Assembly (NCBI RefSeq): GCF_020745735.1
Contig: NC_083435.1
Coordinates: forward strand, 36,667,090-36,731,089
Length of the DNA stretch: 64,000 nt
Source: Hemiscyllium ocellatum
Lineage: Eukaryota
Direction: 5' to 3'
Shown: positions 1 to 13,357 of the stretch, piece by piece
Position numbering within the stretch: the stretch's first letter is position 1
How the letters are laid out: each line of letters opens with the position of its first letter
Made by a program: the position numbers and the translations under genes
The notes under the pieces: generated by a model
Database searches by the model: none
What the model was told of the DNA's origin: nothing
The model's input: the letters and a program-made list of their open reading frames with translations, nothing else

Positions 1-430
1 CTGGGCCTCCTCCACCACCAAACCCTAACCACCCGATACCTGGAGGAAGAATGCCTCATCTTCCACCTTGGGACCCTTCAACCACACGGGATCTTTGTGG
101 ATTTCACCAGTTTCCTCATTTTCCCTCCCCACACCTTAATCCCAGAAGAAACCTTCCAACTCAGCACCGCCCTATTGAACGGTCCCACCTTTCCATCTTC
201 CTTTCCACCTAACCACTTCACCCTCCTCTTCGACCTATCATCTTTACCCCCACCTTCATCTATCTATTGCATTCCCAGCTACCTTCCCCTTACCCAACCT
301 CCCGCTCCCCCCCCTCCCATTTATCTTGGGCCACAAGCCTCATTCCTGATGATGATCTTACGCTCGAAACATCGATTCTCCTGCACCTCAGATGCTGCCT
401 GACTGGCTGTGCTTTTCCAGTGCCACACTC
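1..430 (+). mobile_element. Penelope-like retroelement 3' fragment
   Basis: frame 1 reads LEEECLIFHLGTLQPHGIFVDFTSF (GIY-YIG C-terminal motif), then the typical 3' end gatgctgcctgactggctgtgcttttccag. Confidence 0.65.
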
Positions 431-1720
431 TGACCCTGACCAATGAAGGCAAGATGCCATACGCCTTCTTTACCACCTTATCTACTTGGGTGATCACTTT
501 CAGGGAGCTATAGATTTGAACCTGAAGATCCTTCTGTCTATCAATGCTGTTCAGAGTCCTGCCACTAATTGTATCCTGTTCCTTAACATGTGATCTCCCA
601 AAGCACAGCACCTCACAATTACCTGGATTAAACTCCATCGACCATTTTTCCGCCCATATCTGCAACTGATTTATATAAATGATGAAAAGCAATGGAGCCA
701 GCACCGATCTTTGTGGCACACCACTGGTCACAGGCTTCCGCTCCAAAAAGCAACCCTCTTAGACCAACCTTTGTTTCCCACCTTGAAGCCAAGTTTTATA
801 TTCAGTTAGCTAGCTTCCTCTGGGTCCCATGTGGTCTAACCTTACTCACCAGTCCACATGTAGAACTTGGTCAAACACTTTGTTGAAGTCCATATGGACA
901 ACATCTACCCCTCTACCTTCACCAATCTTCTTTGTTACCTCTTCAAAAAACACAGTTAAGTTACAGAGACACAATTTCCCACGCACAAAGCCATGTTGAC
1001 TATCCCTAATCAGTCCTTGCTTTCCAAATGCACGTAAGTCCTATTCCTCAGAATCTCCTCCAACTATGTACCCACCACTGATGTATGGCTCATCGGTCTA
1101 TAGTTCCCTAGCTTTTCATTACAGCCTTTCTTAAATTGTACCACCACATTAGCCACCCTCCAGTCTTCTGGCACCTCTCCCTTGGCTATGGATGATCCAA
1201 ACATCTGAGCTAGGTACGCAGCAACCTCTTCCCTAGCTTCCCACAGAATTCTGGGTAACACCGGATCAGGTCCTGGGGATTTATCTACCATTATGCATTT
1301 AAACTTCAGTACCTCCTCTTCTGTAATGTGCACTGTTTTCAAGCCATCACTATTTATTTTCCCAAGTTCCCTAGCTTCCATGTCCTTCTCCATGATACGT
1401 ACTGACACAAAATATGTGATTAGAATCTGATTGATCTCTTATGGTTCCACACATAGACAGCCACATTGATCTTTAAGGTGCCCTATTCTCGAACTAGTTA
1501 CTCTTTTGCCAAAATGTACTTTTAGAGTCTCTTTGGATTCTCCTTAACTGCATTTACTAAAGCTGTCTCATGTTCCCTTTTTGTCCTCCTGATTTCCCTC
1601 TTAAGGATACTCCAACTGCCCTAATACACTTCTTGGGATTTACTCAATCCCTGCTGTCTATACCTGATAAATGCCTCTTTCTTTTTATTGACCAGAACCT
1701 CAATTTCTCAAGTCTTACAG
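430..1720 (-). mobile_element. CR1-type LINE RT fragments (decayed)
   Basis: ORFs 321-746 and 1064-1408 (KSPGPD, WRVANVV, GNYRPMS, SGVPQRSVL). Confidence 0.8.
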
Positions 1721-2619
1721 CATTTCCTACATCGACCAGCCTTGTCCTTCTATTATCATGCAGTGGTCAAACCCCTCTGTTACGTAAAAAGAATAACTCT
1801 GATAGTGAACATTAAACCAAAAAAAATTCACATATCCAAACCCACCCCCCCCCCGGTTCTCTTAATTTCTTACGATCTGACCCCAACTCTACAAATAAAA
1901 GCTATTCCAATAACACACTTATTAAACATTACTTTAACTTAACCTCAAGACCACATACCCTCTATCTTCTTCGGTGTCTTCAATCTTCCCCCTGCTGTTC
2001 TCCCTGGGGTTGTTTCCTTTCTTTGTTACCGCGAGGATGTTTCACATGCAAAGGTACCTTTGATAGAGACTGTTTCTAATTTCTTTGAGAGCAAGATGTC
2101 AGATGGGCAGTTGCTCAATGGATCGATGGCAGTTGCTTTCTGACCAATTTTCAAAACTCCCATGTTTTATAGCCTCCATGACACAGTAAATTCTTATAAT
2201 TTGATTGGTTTCCAGGTGTCAAAACAATAAACTCAAACTCAGTTGGGTTTTTAGTATCCTCGGCACAATTTAAACTGATCAGTTAAATTCGAGTTGTTGT
2301 CAAAACAGCAGCAAAACTCAGGGTAGACAGGCAGGAGGCTGGAAGAACACATCAGGCCAGGCAGCATCAGGAGGTGGAGAAGCCAACACTTCAGGTGTAA
2401 CCCTTCTTCAGGTCTGGGGCTGGGTGTAAGGGAAGCTGCAGGTATCTATTTCACAGCCAGTTGCTGCATGTATCTATTTTGGAACAGCTCATCTCCCAGT
2501 CTTTCCATTCAGGCAGCTGAGCCTGCACTTGAAGTTTACTTCAAACTTCAGAAAACACTTTCTACTTTAAAGTGAACAGACAGGCTTTTGACGTTGTAAC
2601 ACTTCACACTAACAGGAAC

Positions 2620-3590
2620 ATACTGTCTCTAGACCCTCATTATCTTCTTCTTAAAGGCCTCCCACTTCCCATTCATCCCTTTACCTGCAAATAGCCTCCC
2701 TCCAATCATCTTTTGCAAGTTCCTGTCTGATACTGTCCAAATTAGCCTTACTCCAATTTAGAACTTTACCTTTTTGATCAGTTCTATCCTTTTCCATCAC
2801 TACTTTAAAACTAATAGAGTTATGATCACTTGCACCACAATGCTCCCCCTGGACACCTCATTCACTTGCCCTACAATTGTTCCCAACAGAAGTTCAAGTA
2901 TTACTCCTTCTCCAGTCGGTCCATCCACATATTGAAGAAGAACATTTTCTTGGACATACTTAACAACTTCCTCCCAATCCAAGCCGTTAACACAATGACA
3001 GCCCTAGTCTATGTTTGGAAATTAAAATCGACTGTTACCATGCGAATATTCTTACAGATATGAGATCTCCTTACACATTTGGTTTTCAATTTCCTGCTGC
3101 CTACTGGGGGCTATAATACAATCTCAACCAGGTGCTCATCTCCTCCTTATTTCTCAGTTCCACCCATATAACTTCACTGGTCACTCTCCCAATATATGCC
3201 TCCCTAAGTACAGCTGTAATGTTATCCTGAATGAAAATCTTGTCCTCCTCTCTTGCCCCTCACTTTCTATCCTTCCTAGAGCATCTATACCTTGGAACAT
3301 TGAGATACCAGTCCAGTCCATCCCTGAGCTATGTCTCTGTAATAGCGGTGACACCCTAGTCCCATGTTCCCAACCATACCCTAAGTTCATCTGCCTTCCC
3401 TGACATACCTCTTACATTGAAGTAAATGCAGTTTATCATTCTGACCTTGGTCACTGCCAAGCTCTTGCCTGTTTTGACGATTTGAGCTGTTCCCCTCAGA
3501 GCTGTACCAGCCTCAGCCCTTTCTCTTTACTCACTGTTACTTTGATTTGAGTCATCCCCTTACTAGTTTAAAGCCTCTGGAGTAGCACGA
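2620..3590 (-). mobile_element. CR1-type LINE endonuclease-region fragments
   Basis: ORFs 2800-2982 (LQYVDGPTGEGVILELLLG) and 3181-3390. Confidence 0.6.
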
Positions 3591-3599
3591 TAAAGCCTC

Positions 3600-5349
3600 C
3601 CAGGTAGCACAAGGAACGGACCACAATTTACAAACCATAAATTTTGTCATGTTTTTAAAATGGTTTGAGATTCTTCAGGTAAGGACAGCTTCATACCACC
3701 CAACATTGAATGGCCTGGCAGAAAAAGCAGTCCAAACTTTAAAGGCTGGCTTGAAAAACAGCCGACCCTCTTGATAGTTACCAAGGTATCATGGTTCTTA
3801 TTTGATTATGGGATCACCCCACATGCAACAGCAGAGTTGGGACCAGCAGAGTTGCTGATGGGTAGAAGACTCTGCACCAGGTTGAATCTGATCTTCCCGG
3901 ACCTGTGGGAGTGGGGTGTAATGGCCTCAGGAACACCAATGCTGGACACAAGTCTCTGCCAAACAAGAGAAACTGTTTAATACAGGGAATTAAGGATCAG
4001 ACCAGACCCCTGCAAAATATTTTAAGAAGGCAGCCTGGGACCTAACTTTATCTTATTTTAAAGGCACATGTAAAATGCTGTGTTCCAGATGCAATTCGAT
4101 TGGTCACACTACTCAGCTTTAGGCAAAACACACTTTATTGAAACACTAGAGCTAAAATATAACTAAAGAAAGTGGAATTTAGAATACCATAAATCTATCA
4201 GAAAAATGAACAAATCAATAGACACAGTACTGATTACTAATTAATGATTCAATTTAGTAACATCCCATAAACACACCCCTTGGCAAAGTTCAGAATATAG
4301 ATTTGTCTCACAGGTAACTGCAGCAAGCCAGAAGGAAAAGCTTCAACAGAAAGCTCAGAGAGAGGAGCAGCAAGGAGACATTTACTGTAATTCCGAGCCT
4401 GTTGAGACTCCAACAGTAACTGATGCTGAATCGCAAAGCTAAAAAACTACAAATTAGAAATCTAGGTCCGAGAGCTGGCCACACCCATCCAGGCTGCTTC
4501 TATTGTTCCTGCTTTAAAAAACCCAAGGCCTTGTAAGCCAGTTACTTCATTGGCTTTCCAACCAGACAGCTTGACACCTCTGCCTTACAACCTCTCTTTA
4601 AAAAGAAACAGGACAAAATAACCCTTTAAAGTCGCAGTATCATCACAGTAAGGGGAGGAGGTTTGGTGTAAGAATGATGGAAATGGCCCTGTATGGGAAA
4701 GAGGCATTCTCCATGTGAGATCGGGACCAGTGATGTGGAAAGGTCAGGCAGGTGCGATGCTCCTGAACCAGCACAAGGTCCGTTTGAAAGTTGTAAATTT
4801 GTAAACAATGCAGGAGCAAAACATACCCTGCCCCTCTGAGCAGTCAGAAAGGCTGCCAGAACCCAGGGGTTCACTATTTCTGTCAAGCATTGTTGAGAGT
4901 TTAGAATCTGAGATGGACATGACGGAAGGAGCCAAATCGATGCCTCTGCCACTGGAAGAAGAAAATAAAATCCTGCCAAGGCACTCCTGGCACAAGAGGC
5001 GAGCTCCTGTGCATTTGATGTTGCCGTTATTATCTGCTGAACATGGAGGAAGCTGTCCCAGTGTTAAACCGCCCCAGGATGCTCTCCAAGGAAAATGGCT
5101 GGCCTATGTTCTCAGACTCAGGGGGAGGGAAGTTGTGATTGTAACGAGGCTAGCCAGCAGGACCTCAGGGAATATGAGTTCCCTGATTGATCCAGCCCCA
5201 ATCAGGGAGCCCTGGCTGACAAATAAAAAGGGAAGTATCAGAGATGATGACACTCATCTCTGAAAGAGTCAGTCCTAAAGTCAAGGACTGTTCATATGTA
5301 AATAAAGGGTGACTCGGTGATGGATACCATCCTCTGTGCAGTTATTACA
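3600..5349 (+). mobile_element. Gypsy-type LTR retrotransposon 3' part (integrase remnant, PPT, 3' LTR), interrupted about 3975-4640
   Basis: TASYHPTLNGLAEKAVQTLK...TPHATAELGPAELLMGRRL integrase motif; PPT AGGGGGAGGGAAG 5120-5132; LTR TGT(5134)...ACA(5349) with AATAAA at 5301. Confidence 0.7.
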
Positions 5350-5504
5350 TCGATCCCATCAATGAGATCTGGAGTGCAAAATTTATTGAACCAAGTCCAT
5401 CAATTCCCAATGGGTGGGTTAAACTAAAACTATCCCCAATTAACACAGACCGAGAGTGGATCCAGGAACAGAGATAATCCTGATATTATTCCAATGTGTT
5501 TCAG

Positions 5505-5612
5505 AAATCCCAGAAAACAGTATGGTACGTTCCCATCTTATACCTTTGATTGGATTAATTGCTGCAATGGCTGCAATATTCGGAATAATCATCTGGAAAA
5601 GGCCCTGGAGAG
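5505..5612 (+). CDS. gene 0 transmembrane exon
   Basis: tttcag|...|gtaag, 108 bp, hydrophobic stretch followed by WKRPWR. Confidence 0.85.
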
Positions 5613-6443
5613 GTAAGATTCAGAGAGAGGGGAATGTGGAAGTGAGAGGACATAGTTAGTGTGGGGGAATCTCCAGTACTGGGAGTACAGGACACTGTGG
5701 GGAATGGAACTGATTGAATTCCAGCACAGATACACACGTATAAACCCGTCTCGTTCCCTGTCTGATCATCCTTTGGCCTAGATCAGGTCTAACATTGATC
5801 AATAAACCCATCACACACACTTATATCCTCACTGACTGAATATCAATGGGATGGGAGAGATCTCCAGAATCTCCATAAAGTGTAAGGATAGAGGGGAGTG
5901 TGGGAATGAGGATTTCTGACACAATCTCCATCCCCTCACAGTTGTTGTGTTCTCACTGTCTGAGAATGGATTATTCCCCATTCTAATGGACATTTATTTT
6001 GTTTCTGCAGGTTCACCAAGTGGGACCTACACAACAGCTCCCAGTAAGTGACTGAGGGGACAGAGTGTTGGGAATGATGGGAGAGGGATTGGAAGGTGTA
6101 GAGTTACATTCTCCTGGATGGGACACTCATCAGTTTCCTCACGGTTCAGTTCTTCGTGACTCTCTCATCCTTCTCTTCCTCAACTCCAACCCCCACAACC
6201 TCTCCATTGAATCCTCACCCCCTATTTTCCCATTCCGTACTCCCTCTCCCTCACTCCTTCACCCTTAATTCCTTCTGCACTGTGCTGTGTGAATGTGGTT
6301 AGTCAGTGCTGAGGGTGATTAAATCCGGGGTCCAGTGAGTGAGAGAGAATATTTCAGAGTATGTAACTTTATATTTCATTCCATTCCAAACATTCTCTTT
6401 TATTTTCTTATCTTTGGACGTCTCTATTCCAGCTTCTTCATAA
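5505..6443 (+). CDS. MHC class I heavy chain gene 0, 3' part (TM exon, cytoplasmic exon, last coding exon); 5' exons lie upstream of the window
   Basis: Exons 5505-5612 (EIPENSMVRSHLIPLIGLIAAMAAIFGIIIWKRPWR), 6011-6043 (GSPSGTYTTAP) and a last-exon homologue 6412-6443, all paralogous to gene A. First two exons have AG/GT boundaries in phase 1; the last exon acceptor is mutated. Confidence 0.8.
6011..6043 (+). CDS. gene 0 cytoplasmic exon
   Basis: ctgcag|...|gtaagt, 33 bp, GSPSGTYTTAP, near-identical in genes A and B. Confidence 0.8.
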
Positions 6444-6494
6444 TTTAGTCAATGAGATGTCAATTTCTGTCCGTAGACTTATTTGGAAATTCTT

Positions 6495-6815
6495 CACTCT
6501 CCTCCTGAACCTGTCCCACCCTCCCAGACACTGTTAAACCCTGTCAGACTCATTTCACTCCCCTCCTGACCCTGTCCCACCCTCCCAGACACTGTTAAAC
6601 CCTGTCAGACTCATTCCCCTCCCCCCGACCCTGCCTCACCCTCTCAGACACTGTTAAACCCTGTCAGACTAATTCCCCTCCCCTCCTGACCCTGTCCCAC
6701 CCTCCCAGACACTGTTAAACCCTGTCAGACTAATTCTCCTCCCCTCCTGACCCTGTCCCACCCCCCCAGACACTGTTAAACCCTGTCAAACTAATTTCAC
6801 TCCCCTCCCCATCCT
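6495..6815. repeat. about 61-bp minisatellite, 5 copies, gene 0 last intron
   Basis: unit ccctgtcccaccctcccagacactgttaaaccctgtcagactaattcccctcccctcctga. Confidence 0.9.
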
Positions 6816-7834
6816 GAAGAGATTGCCTTGTGTCTGTCCATTTCTGACCTTGTGGGTTTCCTGAGCTCCACTACAGGTCATTCCCGGAGCTTCATTGCAG
6901 AATAATGGGATCCTCCTGTTCCAGTTTGAACATGGACATCAACGTCCATCCTTCCATATCACAGCAGACACACAGAATTACAGCTCATTGCTCACACCCA
7001 GTCGATTCAGGATTGAGATTGACTTTTCCTGAAAATGTGTTTCCACAGGTTGAACAGTGGATCCCAGATCCGCACGTGGATCCTGATTCTGCAAGTGGGA
7101 CCCTCTCAAGTCGTGTTTCCATCCCGTCTCAGAAATGTGAGCAGTGTCACCATCAGAGGGATCTTCACGGATGGTTCCTCCCTCACACTTTCTCATTCTC
7201 ACTGTCTTCAGTGTCTTGACCTGAAATGTAGCAATGTCCTGAACTCCCTCTGAGCGAGGTTTGTACTGTAGGACGTGAATCATTTCTGCACTTTATGCAA
7301 CAACATTTTAACTTTTATGTGAAAGTCTCTATGAATTTTGTTACGGTCATATTGTTAGATTGATATCTCTCTCTCACTATTTAACTTCTACTCTTCTATT
7401 TTTATTCTCATCTGTTTTAAGCTGAACTGATCGGTTTTGCACTTTACGTAAACAGCGTGATCAAATGTGAACTTTTATGTCAACTTCCTTTATTTTATTT
7501 GTTCACAATCATGTATTTATTGCAGCAAACATCTGTCATTATTTATCATCAACAATTAACTGCAGATACTGATCGTTGCAGTTGTTAATCAATAAATTAT
7601 TGCTGATCATTGATTTGTCTGAATTCTTCATTAATGATTTCACAGGAAAGGGTTAATTCATTCACTCTGCAGATTGTGGATCTTGGAATCAGCAGTGTTT
7701 GAGCTTCAGTTCAGTATGAACTGGGAGGGGGTTATGACCATGTAACTCCCCAGGAAGCCTTTCCTAAACCAAGCAGGATGTACACAGTAAAAACCGACAG
7801 CACTGTACATGCTGTAAATCAGAAACAACAATGG

Positions 7835-7998
7835 AAATGGCTGGAAAAGCTCAGCAGGTCTGGCAGCATCTATGCAGAGAAATCAGAGTTACCGTTTCAG
7901 GTCTGGTGACCCTTCCTCAGAACTGGTCTGATTTCTTTGATTTCTCTTGACAGATGCTGCCAGACCTGCTGAGCTTTTCCAGCAAACTGTTTTTGTTC
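7835..7998. mobile_element. Penelope-derived hairpin element
   Basis: inverted arms ctggaaaagctcagcaggtctggcagcatct / agatgctgccagacctgctgagcttttccag; degenerate hammerhead core on the minus strand at about 7890-7920. Confidence 0.6.
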
Positions 7999-8473
7999 AG
8001 GATGCACAGTGTGATGTTTATTTAATGTGTGTGTTTCAGAGTTGGATGGTTGATAATGTCTGGGAGTGTTCATTCTCTGGGGTGGGGGAGCGGGGAATGT
8101 CCGTTCGGAAGGATCTGAATGAGTGTGAAGAGAGGGCCAGGCAGCTGCTGGGAATCAGGAATACTTCACTGACTGGTGACCCAGCAGCTATTGGAGGGAG
8201 GAAAGGGCAGGCTCACCAGCTGAATGTTTCACCCAGGGCTGAGCACACAAGCTTCTGGTCTGGGACAGATGAAGAGGAACCTTCATTGTCAATGTTTCCT
8301 TCTGACAGGTGCTGCCTTTGGACACACCGCCTGGATGGGGAGGGGGGGGAAGGGAGAGTCTGTGTCAGCAGCTGAGACTCTGTCTTACTCCCCAATGTGA
8401 CCCAGGGCTCGGTGCCCCTCCAGGTCCCCTGCCTACTCCCTCGGCTGCTGTCACACCCACCACACCCCACTAG

Positions 8474-8506
<33 letters not shown>

Positions 8507-8849
8507 ATCACACACATAGAGGCACATATTCAGCGACACACACACATACACCGAGAGACCATATATCCAACGCTAATATCTGTCAGAAAAAACATTGACA
8601 ACAAATACTCACACCTCAGTGAGTGATGTTTGTGTCATGCAGTGGGTTTTGAGTTTTATTGGCGAAACTCTTCAAAAAAAAAAGTGGTTCTGTGATGATG
8701 GAAAGTCAGTGTTTACAATATAAAATTTGCATTTCACAAATGATATCTCTTTTTGTTTAAAATACATTAAATGTGTCAACTATCATCTGCAGTTAACACT
8801 TAATTACTAGATACAGTTCACAAAAAATATTCCTCAACAAAACTCTTCC

Positions 8850-10290
8850 TTGCAGTCTGTCCCACTTTCCCCTGAAGCCGTCCCACCTGGTGTGGGCACA
8901 AGTTGGTGATCTTGGTTGTTTGAGTGAAAGCTGCTTCTTGTTCCTGCCCCAGTACCACTGGCCCTCCTCAGGACTGAGCTTGGACATTGGTTCACAGTCT
9001 CATGACAAATTAGACAAGAACTTTCCGGTGTGGTTTATGTGACCAACACAACACTGCACACTTCTCACATCTGTCCATCCCCATGTCTTTGTTACAGCTC
9101 TCACCTTGTCAGGATCAGGGTGAAGTCCTCTCACTATCGAACATTTCCTGTGCACTCGACTTCAGTTTCCTTCACCTTTTCCTTTTTCAGTTTCCGCTTC
9201 ATCTGTCAGGACCCCTCCGCAGTCACATTTTATTTTAATCAGAAACTGTGCAATGGCTTCTTTCACTGTCTTTCCACATCTATATATGAGCAGCTAATCC
9301 ACAATAATATCCACTGTCAGAAGATCCCTGATGTTCTCATGCTGTCTGCTTTGATGCTGTTCTGGAACAATCATTGAAATCCTTTGGATCGATGCAGACT
9401 CTCAGATTTCCAGGTGTTTTTTTCCCCATGGCCGCGATGCTGCAAATGCATTCTGTGGGAGTTGTCCCTTTCTTGATAACTCCCTGTTTTTTTCCCAGCT
9501 CGACTATCTTTCCTTTCAGGTTGGACAGGAGGGCAGCTGGATCTCTCCTCAGCAAATGCTGCACTGGTCTCCCACTCTCATCCTCTTTGAGATGATATGT
9601 GTTGCCAATCTAAGCTTTAGACTTGCTTCAGCTGGGATGAATGGATTGTTACTCAATGTCTACGATCTGGATCTGCTGGTCTTTATTGTGACCAATCACA
9701 TTGGTTTCTCAGCTTCATTTGTCCACTTGGGAAGAGTGAGGTTTCATTAGGTGGTCTCATATTTACCCTTGATGGATTCATTTTCAGGTCATCAAATAGA
9801 GCCACTTCACACGTGTCTGTGAAGATTATGATGTTGCATGAATCACTGGTGCCTGTCTGACAGTTCACATTCACCTGATGCCCTCCTTCTGCAGTCATCG
9901 TTCTAACAATAACAAACTGTTTGTTACCTTGAGACCCAGTGATACTGACAGGTTATATGGTTTAGAATGACCCGTTTAGAATCACCATCTGACACGTCTC
10001 CAGCAATAATCAGTTTGGGCCTGCTTTTCCTCTTTTCAGCTGAAGACTTGTGTTTAAAGTGAATCAGATTCTGGCATGTAGACCATAAATTCCCCCCAAC
10101 ACTTGATGTCCTTCCTTTTCTTTGCTGTGTTGTCCTCTACAACATTTACATCCTGTACACTGGGGCTTGATGTTTCTGCTGGCCCTTCAGCAAATATTTC
10201 TTCTTGTTTTTCCCATTGTGCTGTTCTTGTTTACCGGGACAGAGTCTCAGCATAATGCAAAACCTTGTCTTTGTCCGTTAATCCTCTCCA
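8850..10290 (-). mobile_element. decayed Gypsy-type gag/pol relic
   Basis: GVIKKGTTPTECICSIAAMGKKTPGNLRVCIDPKDFN resembles the Gypsy RT N-terminus; many stops and frameshifts. Confidence 0.55.
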
Positions 10291-10429
10291 GCTTTGATTG
10301 ACAACCTCAGAGCTTCTGCACACGGCAATAGATTTCTCGAGCAAGTTTCTCCTCTCTCAGAAGCTGCGCTGTCATGGTGGGACCTCTCAAAAGACATTCT
10401 TATCTCCAACAAGATTAGCTTCTATTATC

Positions 10430-11600
10430 CAGACTCTGAGATTCCAGCCAGATACCTCAATGCCATCACCGTACTGATCCATATTCTTTGTCTCCTTCAG
10501 GGATCTGAGGTCCAGCACAGCTCCGTTCTGTGTAATCAGTAATGGAGTGCTCAAAAAATAGCTTCAAGGCTTTCAAATTGTCTCCAGCCTGATGTTTCTG
10601 TCCCCAGTGAGGTCTAGAATGTAGACCAGCTTGTAGCTGGAGCTTGGGCCTGATGGGATGCATCCCAGCGTATTCAAGGAAGTAGCCAAAGAGATAGTGG
10701 ATGCATTGAATCTTCTGGAAATTATCCGATTCTGGAAAAATCCCAGAGGATTCGAAAACTGCCAATTTTACTTAAAAAAGAAAGGAAGCAAAAAATGATA
10801 ACTTTTGGCTAGTCAGCTCAATACCTATTGTTGGGATATAAAGAGGTTGACTGAATGTGCCAACACTTGGCGGATGGAATGTAATGTGGGAAAATGTAGG
10901 TTATGCACTTTGTCAGGGCAAACACAGGGACTGAATATCATTCAAATGGAGAAAGCCACAGGAAAGAGGGATTTCAGAGTCTTCAGCCCTGAATCACAAA
11001 AAGCCAGTGTTCAGGTTCAGCCGGAAGGCAAATGGAATGTTGGCCTTGACTTCAAAAGGATGGAGTGTAAAAGTAAGGAGGTTTTGTAAAAACTATAGAT
11101 GGCACTGGTCAGACCCAGTGGGAAGACGGTGACCAGGTTTGGGCCCTTTATCTAAGGAAGGATATCCTGGTAGTGAGGGCAGTCTGAAGAAGGTTCACTC
11201 GGCTGCTCCCAGATATGGAGGTTCAGTCTGATGGGGAGAGCTGGAGTAGATTAGCCTGCACTCATTGGAACATAGAAACATGAGAGGTGGCCTTTCCCCA
11301 GAGGAGGGGAGTCCAAAACTAGAGGATAGAGGGATAAGAGGGGAAAGATTTAAAGGGAGCTGAGGGGCCAGTGTTTCACACAAGGAGTGGTGGGTATATG
11401 GAACCAGCTGCCAGAGGATGTGATAGAGGTGAGTACAATTACAATATTCAAAAGACATTTGGACAGGTATATGGACAGGAAAGGTCGAGGGGAATACAGG
11501 ACAAACACAGACAAATGGGATTCATCTAGTTTAGGAAACCTGGTGGTGGGCATGGGCGAGTTGGGCTGAAGGGTCTGTTTCCATGCTATATGTTTCTACA
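10430..11600. mobile_element. CR1-type LINE fragments (minus then plus orientation)
   Basis: ORF 10466-10765 (ECAGMHPIRP-like), + strand 3' CR1 motifs (WNQLPEDV, FKRHLDRYM); paralogue 29540-31140. Confidence 0.65.
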
Positions 11601-11620
11601 ACTCTCTGTGACTGTAGGCC

Positions 11621-12895
11621 TTTTTTTTATTTTTTTATTTCAAAAATATACTTTATTCATAAAATATTTTGATAATCTGTACAATTGGTTATGCCATACA
11701 TACGTAAACTTTCCATTTCTTGGCATACAGAGACCGGTCGGTACGACTACTATCCACATATTTAGGCGTGGGCCCCCTGATCTTCTTTAGGCAGGCAGAT
11801 GTTACACGGTGGTCTTTCCCCACTGCGCCTTGGCGGCAGCTGCCCCAAGCTTCAGCGCGTCCCTCAACATGTAGTCCTGGACCTTGGAATGTGCCAGTCT
11901 GCAACACTCAGTCGGGGTCAACTCCTTCAGCTGGAAGATCAACACATTTCGGACCGCCCAGAGAGCGTCCTTCACCGAGTTGATGATCCTCCAGGCGCAG
12001 TTGATGTTCGTCTCGGTGTGCGTCCCGGGGAACAGGCCGTAGGACAGGTGATATGTAACGGTCCAACTACTCGGAGCGTCCCGCGGCAGCGAGGCCAGGC
12101 CTATCCTTCGCGACACCGGGGACAGGTAGAACCTCAGTACGTAGTGACACTTGGTGTTTGCGTACCAGGGATACATGCACAGCTTGATGCAGCCACACAC
12201 AAAGGTGGCCATCAGGGTGAGGGTGGCATTGGGTGTTTTTTTTCCCCGTTGCCCAGATCTTTGTACAGCGAGTCCCTTCGGACCCGGTCCATCTTTGAAC
12301 TCCATATAAACTGGAAGATGGCCCGGGCGACTGCAACGGCACAGGTTCTGGGAATAGTCCAGACCTGTGCCATGTATAACAGCAATGACAGTGCCTCACA
12401 CCCGATGACCAAGTTTTTTTCCCATGATGGAAAGCGACCGTAGCCTCCATCTGCCCAGTTTCTGCCTCACTTTACTGATACGCTCCTCCCATGACTTGGC
12501 GTATGCCCCAGCCCCCCCGAACCAAATACCCAGCACCTTCAGGTGGTCGGTCCTGACGGTGAAGGGGATCGAGGATTGGTCGGCCCAGTTCCCGAAGAGC
12601 ATGGCCTCGCTCTTGCCTCGGTTTACCTTGGCCCCCAAGGCCCGTTCGAACTGGTCACATATGCACATGAATCTGCGCATGGATAGCGGATCCGAGCAGA
12701 AAACGGCGACGTCATCCATGTACAGGGAGGCCTTAACCTGCAGGCCCCCGCTGCCAGGAATAGTCACCCCTCTCAGGCTCGCATCCTTCCTGATGGACTC
12801 AGCAAATGGCAAGGCAGGAGAGAGAGGGCAGGCCTGCCTGACTCCAGATCTGACTGGGAAGCTATCTGATTCCCGCCCATTGACTGAGACTGCAC
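11621..12895 (-). mobile_element. Tx1/L1-clade non-LTR retrotransposon, 5'-truncated and internally deleted, with 12-bp TSD
   Basis: RT motifs SGVRQACPLSP, LYMDDVAV, LKVLGIWF; C-terminus ...WGKTTV; poly(T) at 11621; TSD tgactgtaggcc 11609-11620 / tgactccaggcc 12896-12907. Confidence 0.9.
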
Positions 12896-13357
12896 TGACT
12901 CCAGGCCTGCTCTAGAAGTAACTCCCAGACCATGGGCCCTTCAGGACCTCACTCTGGAGCTCAGGGACACCTGGTACTTGCTTTGCATCAGCCAGGTCAC
13001 TGTGTGCAGGGATAAACAGTATCTTCCATACCCAGACAGACTGACCTTAATACATAACGCTGGATACAAGGGGAAATGTACAAGTTTAAACGGACGCAAA
13101 GAGGGATGCATCCACCCGGATAGAGATGAGAGTTCAGGGTCTCACATGACCAGCTTTTATAATTGGATAGGGATCACTGTCCTTTCTAATGAAGAGTGGG
13201 AGCGGGGCTGTCGGATGGAGAATGAGGATTTCCCTCCCATTTCAGCTGCAGCACACGGTCTGTGCTTTCACCTCCTGGAGCGATCCCCGTTCCTGATGTG
13301 GGCAGCGTCTCAAACCTGCAGCTCTTGGTGTCAAACCCCTGTGTGTCTGCCTTTCAG

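Noticed and set aside
4808-5263. 151-aa host gene
   Set aside because: Sits between Gypsy integrase remnants and the PPT/LTR, so it is the retrotransposon pol tail.
13225-13234. NF-kB (enhancer A) site AGGATTTCCC
   Set aside because: One mismatch at a key G, single copy, not in the gene C promoter; could arise by chance.
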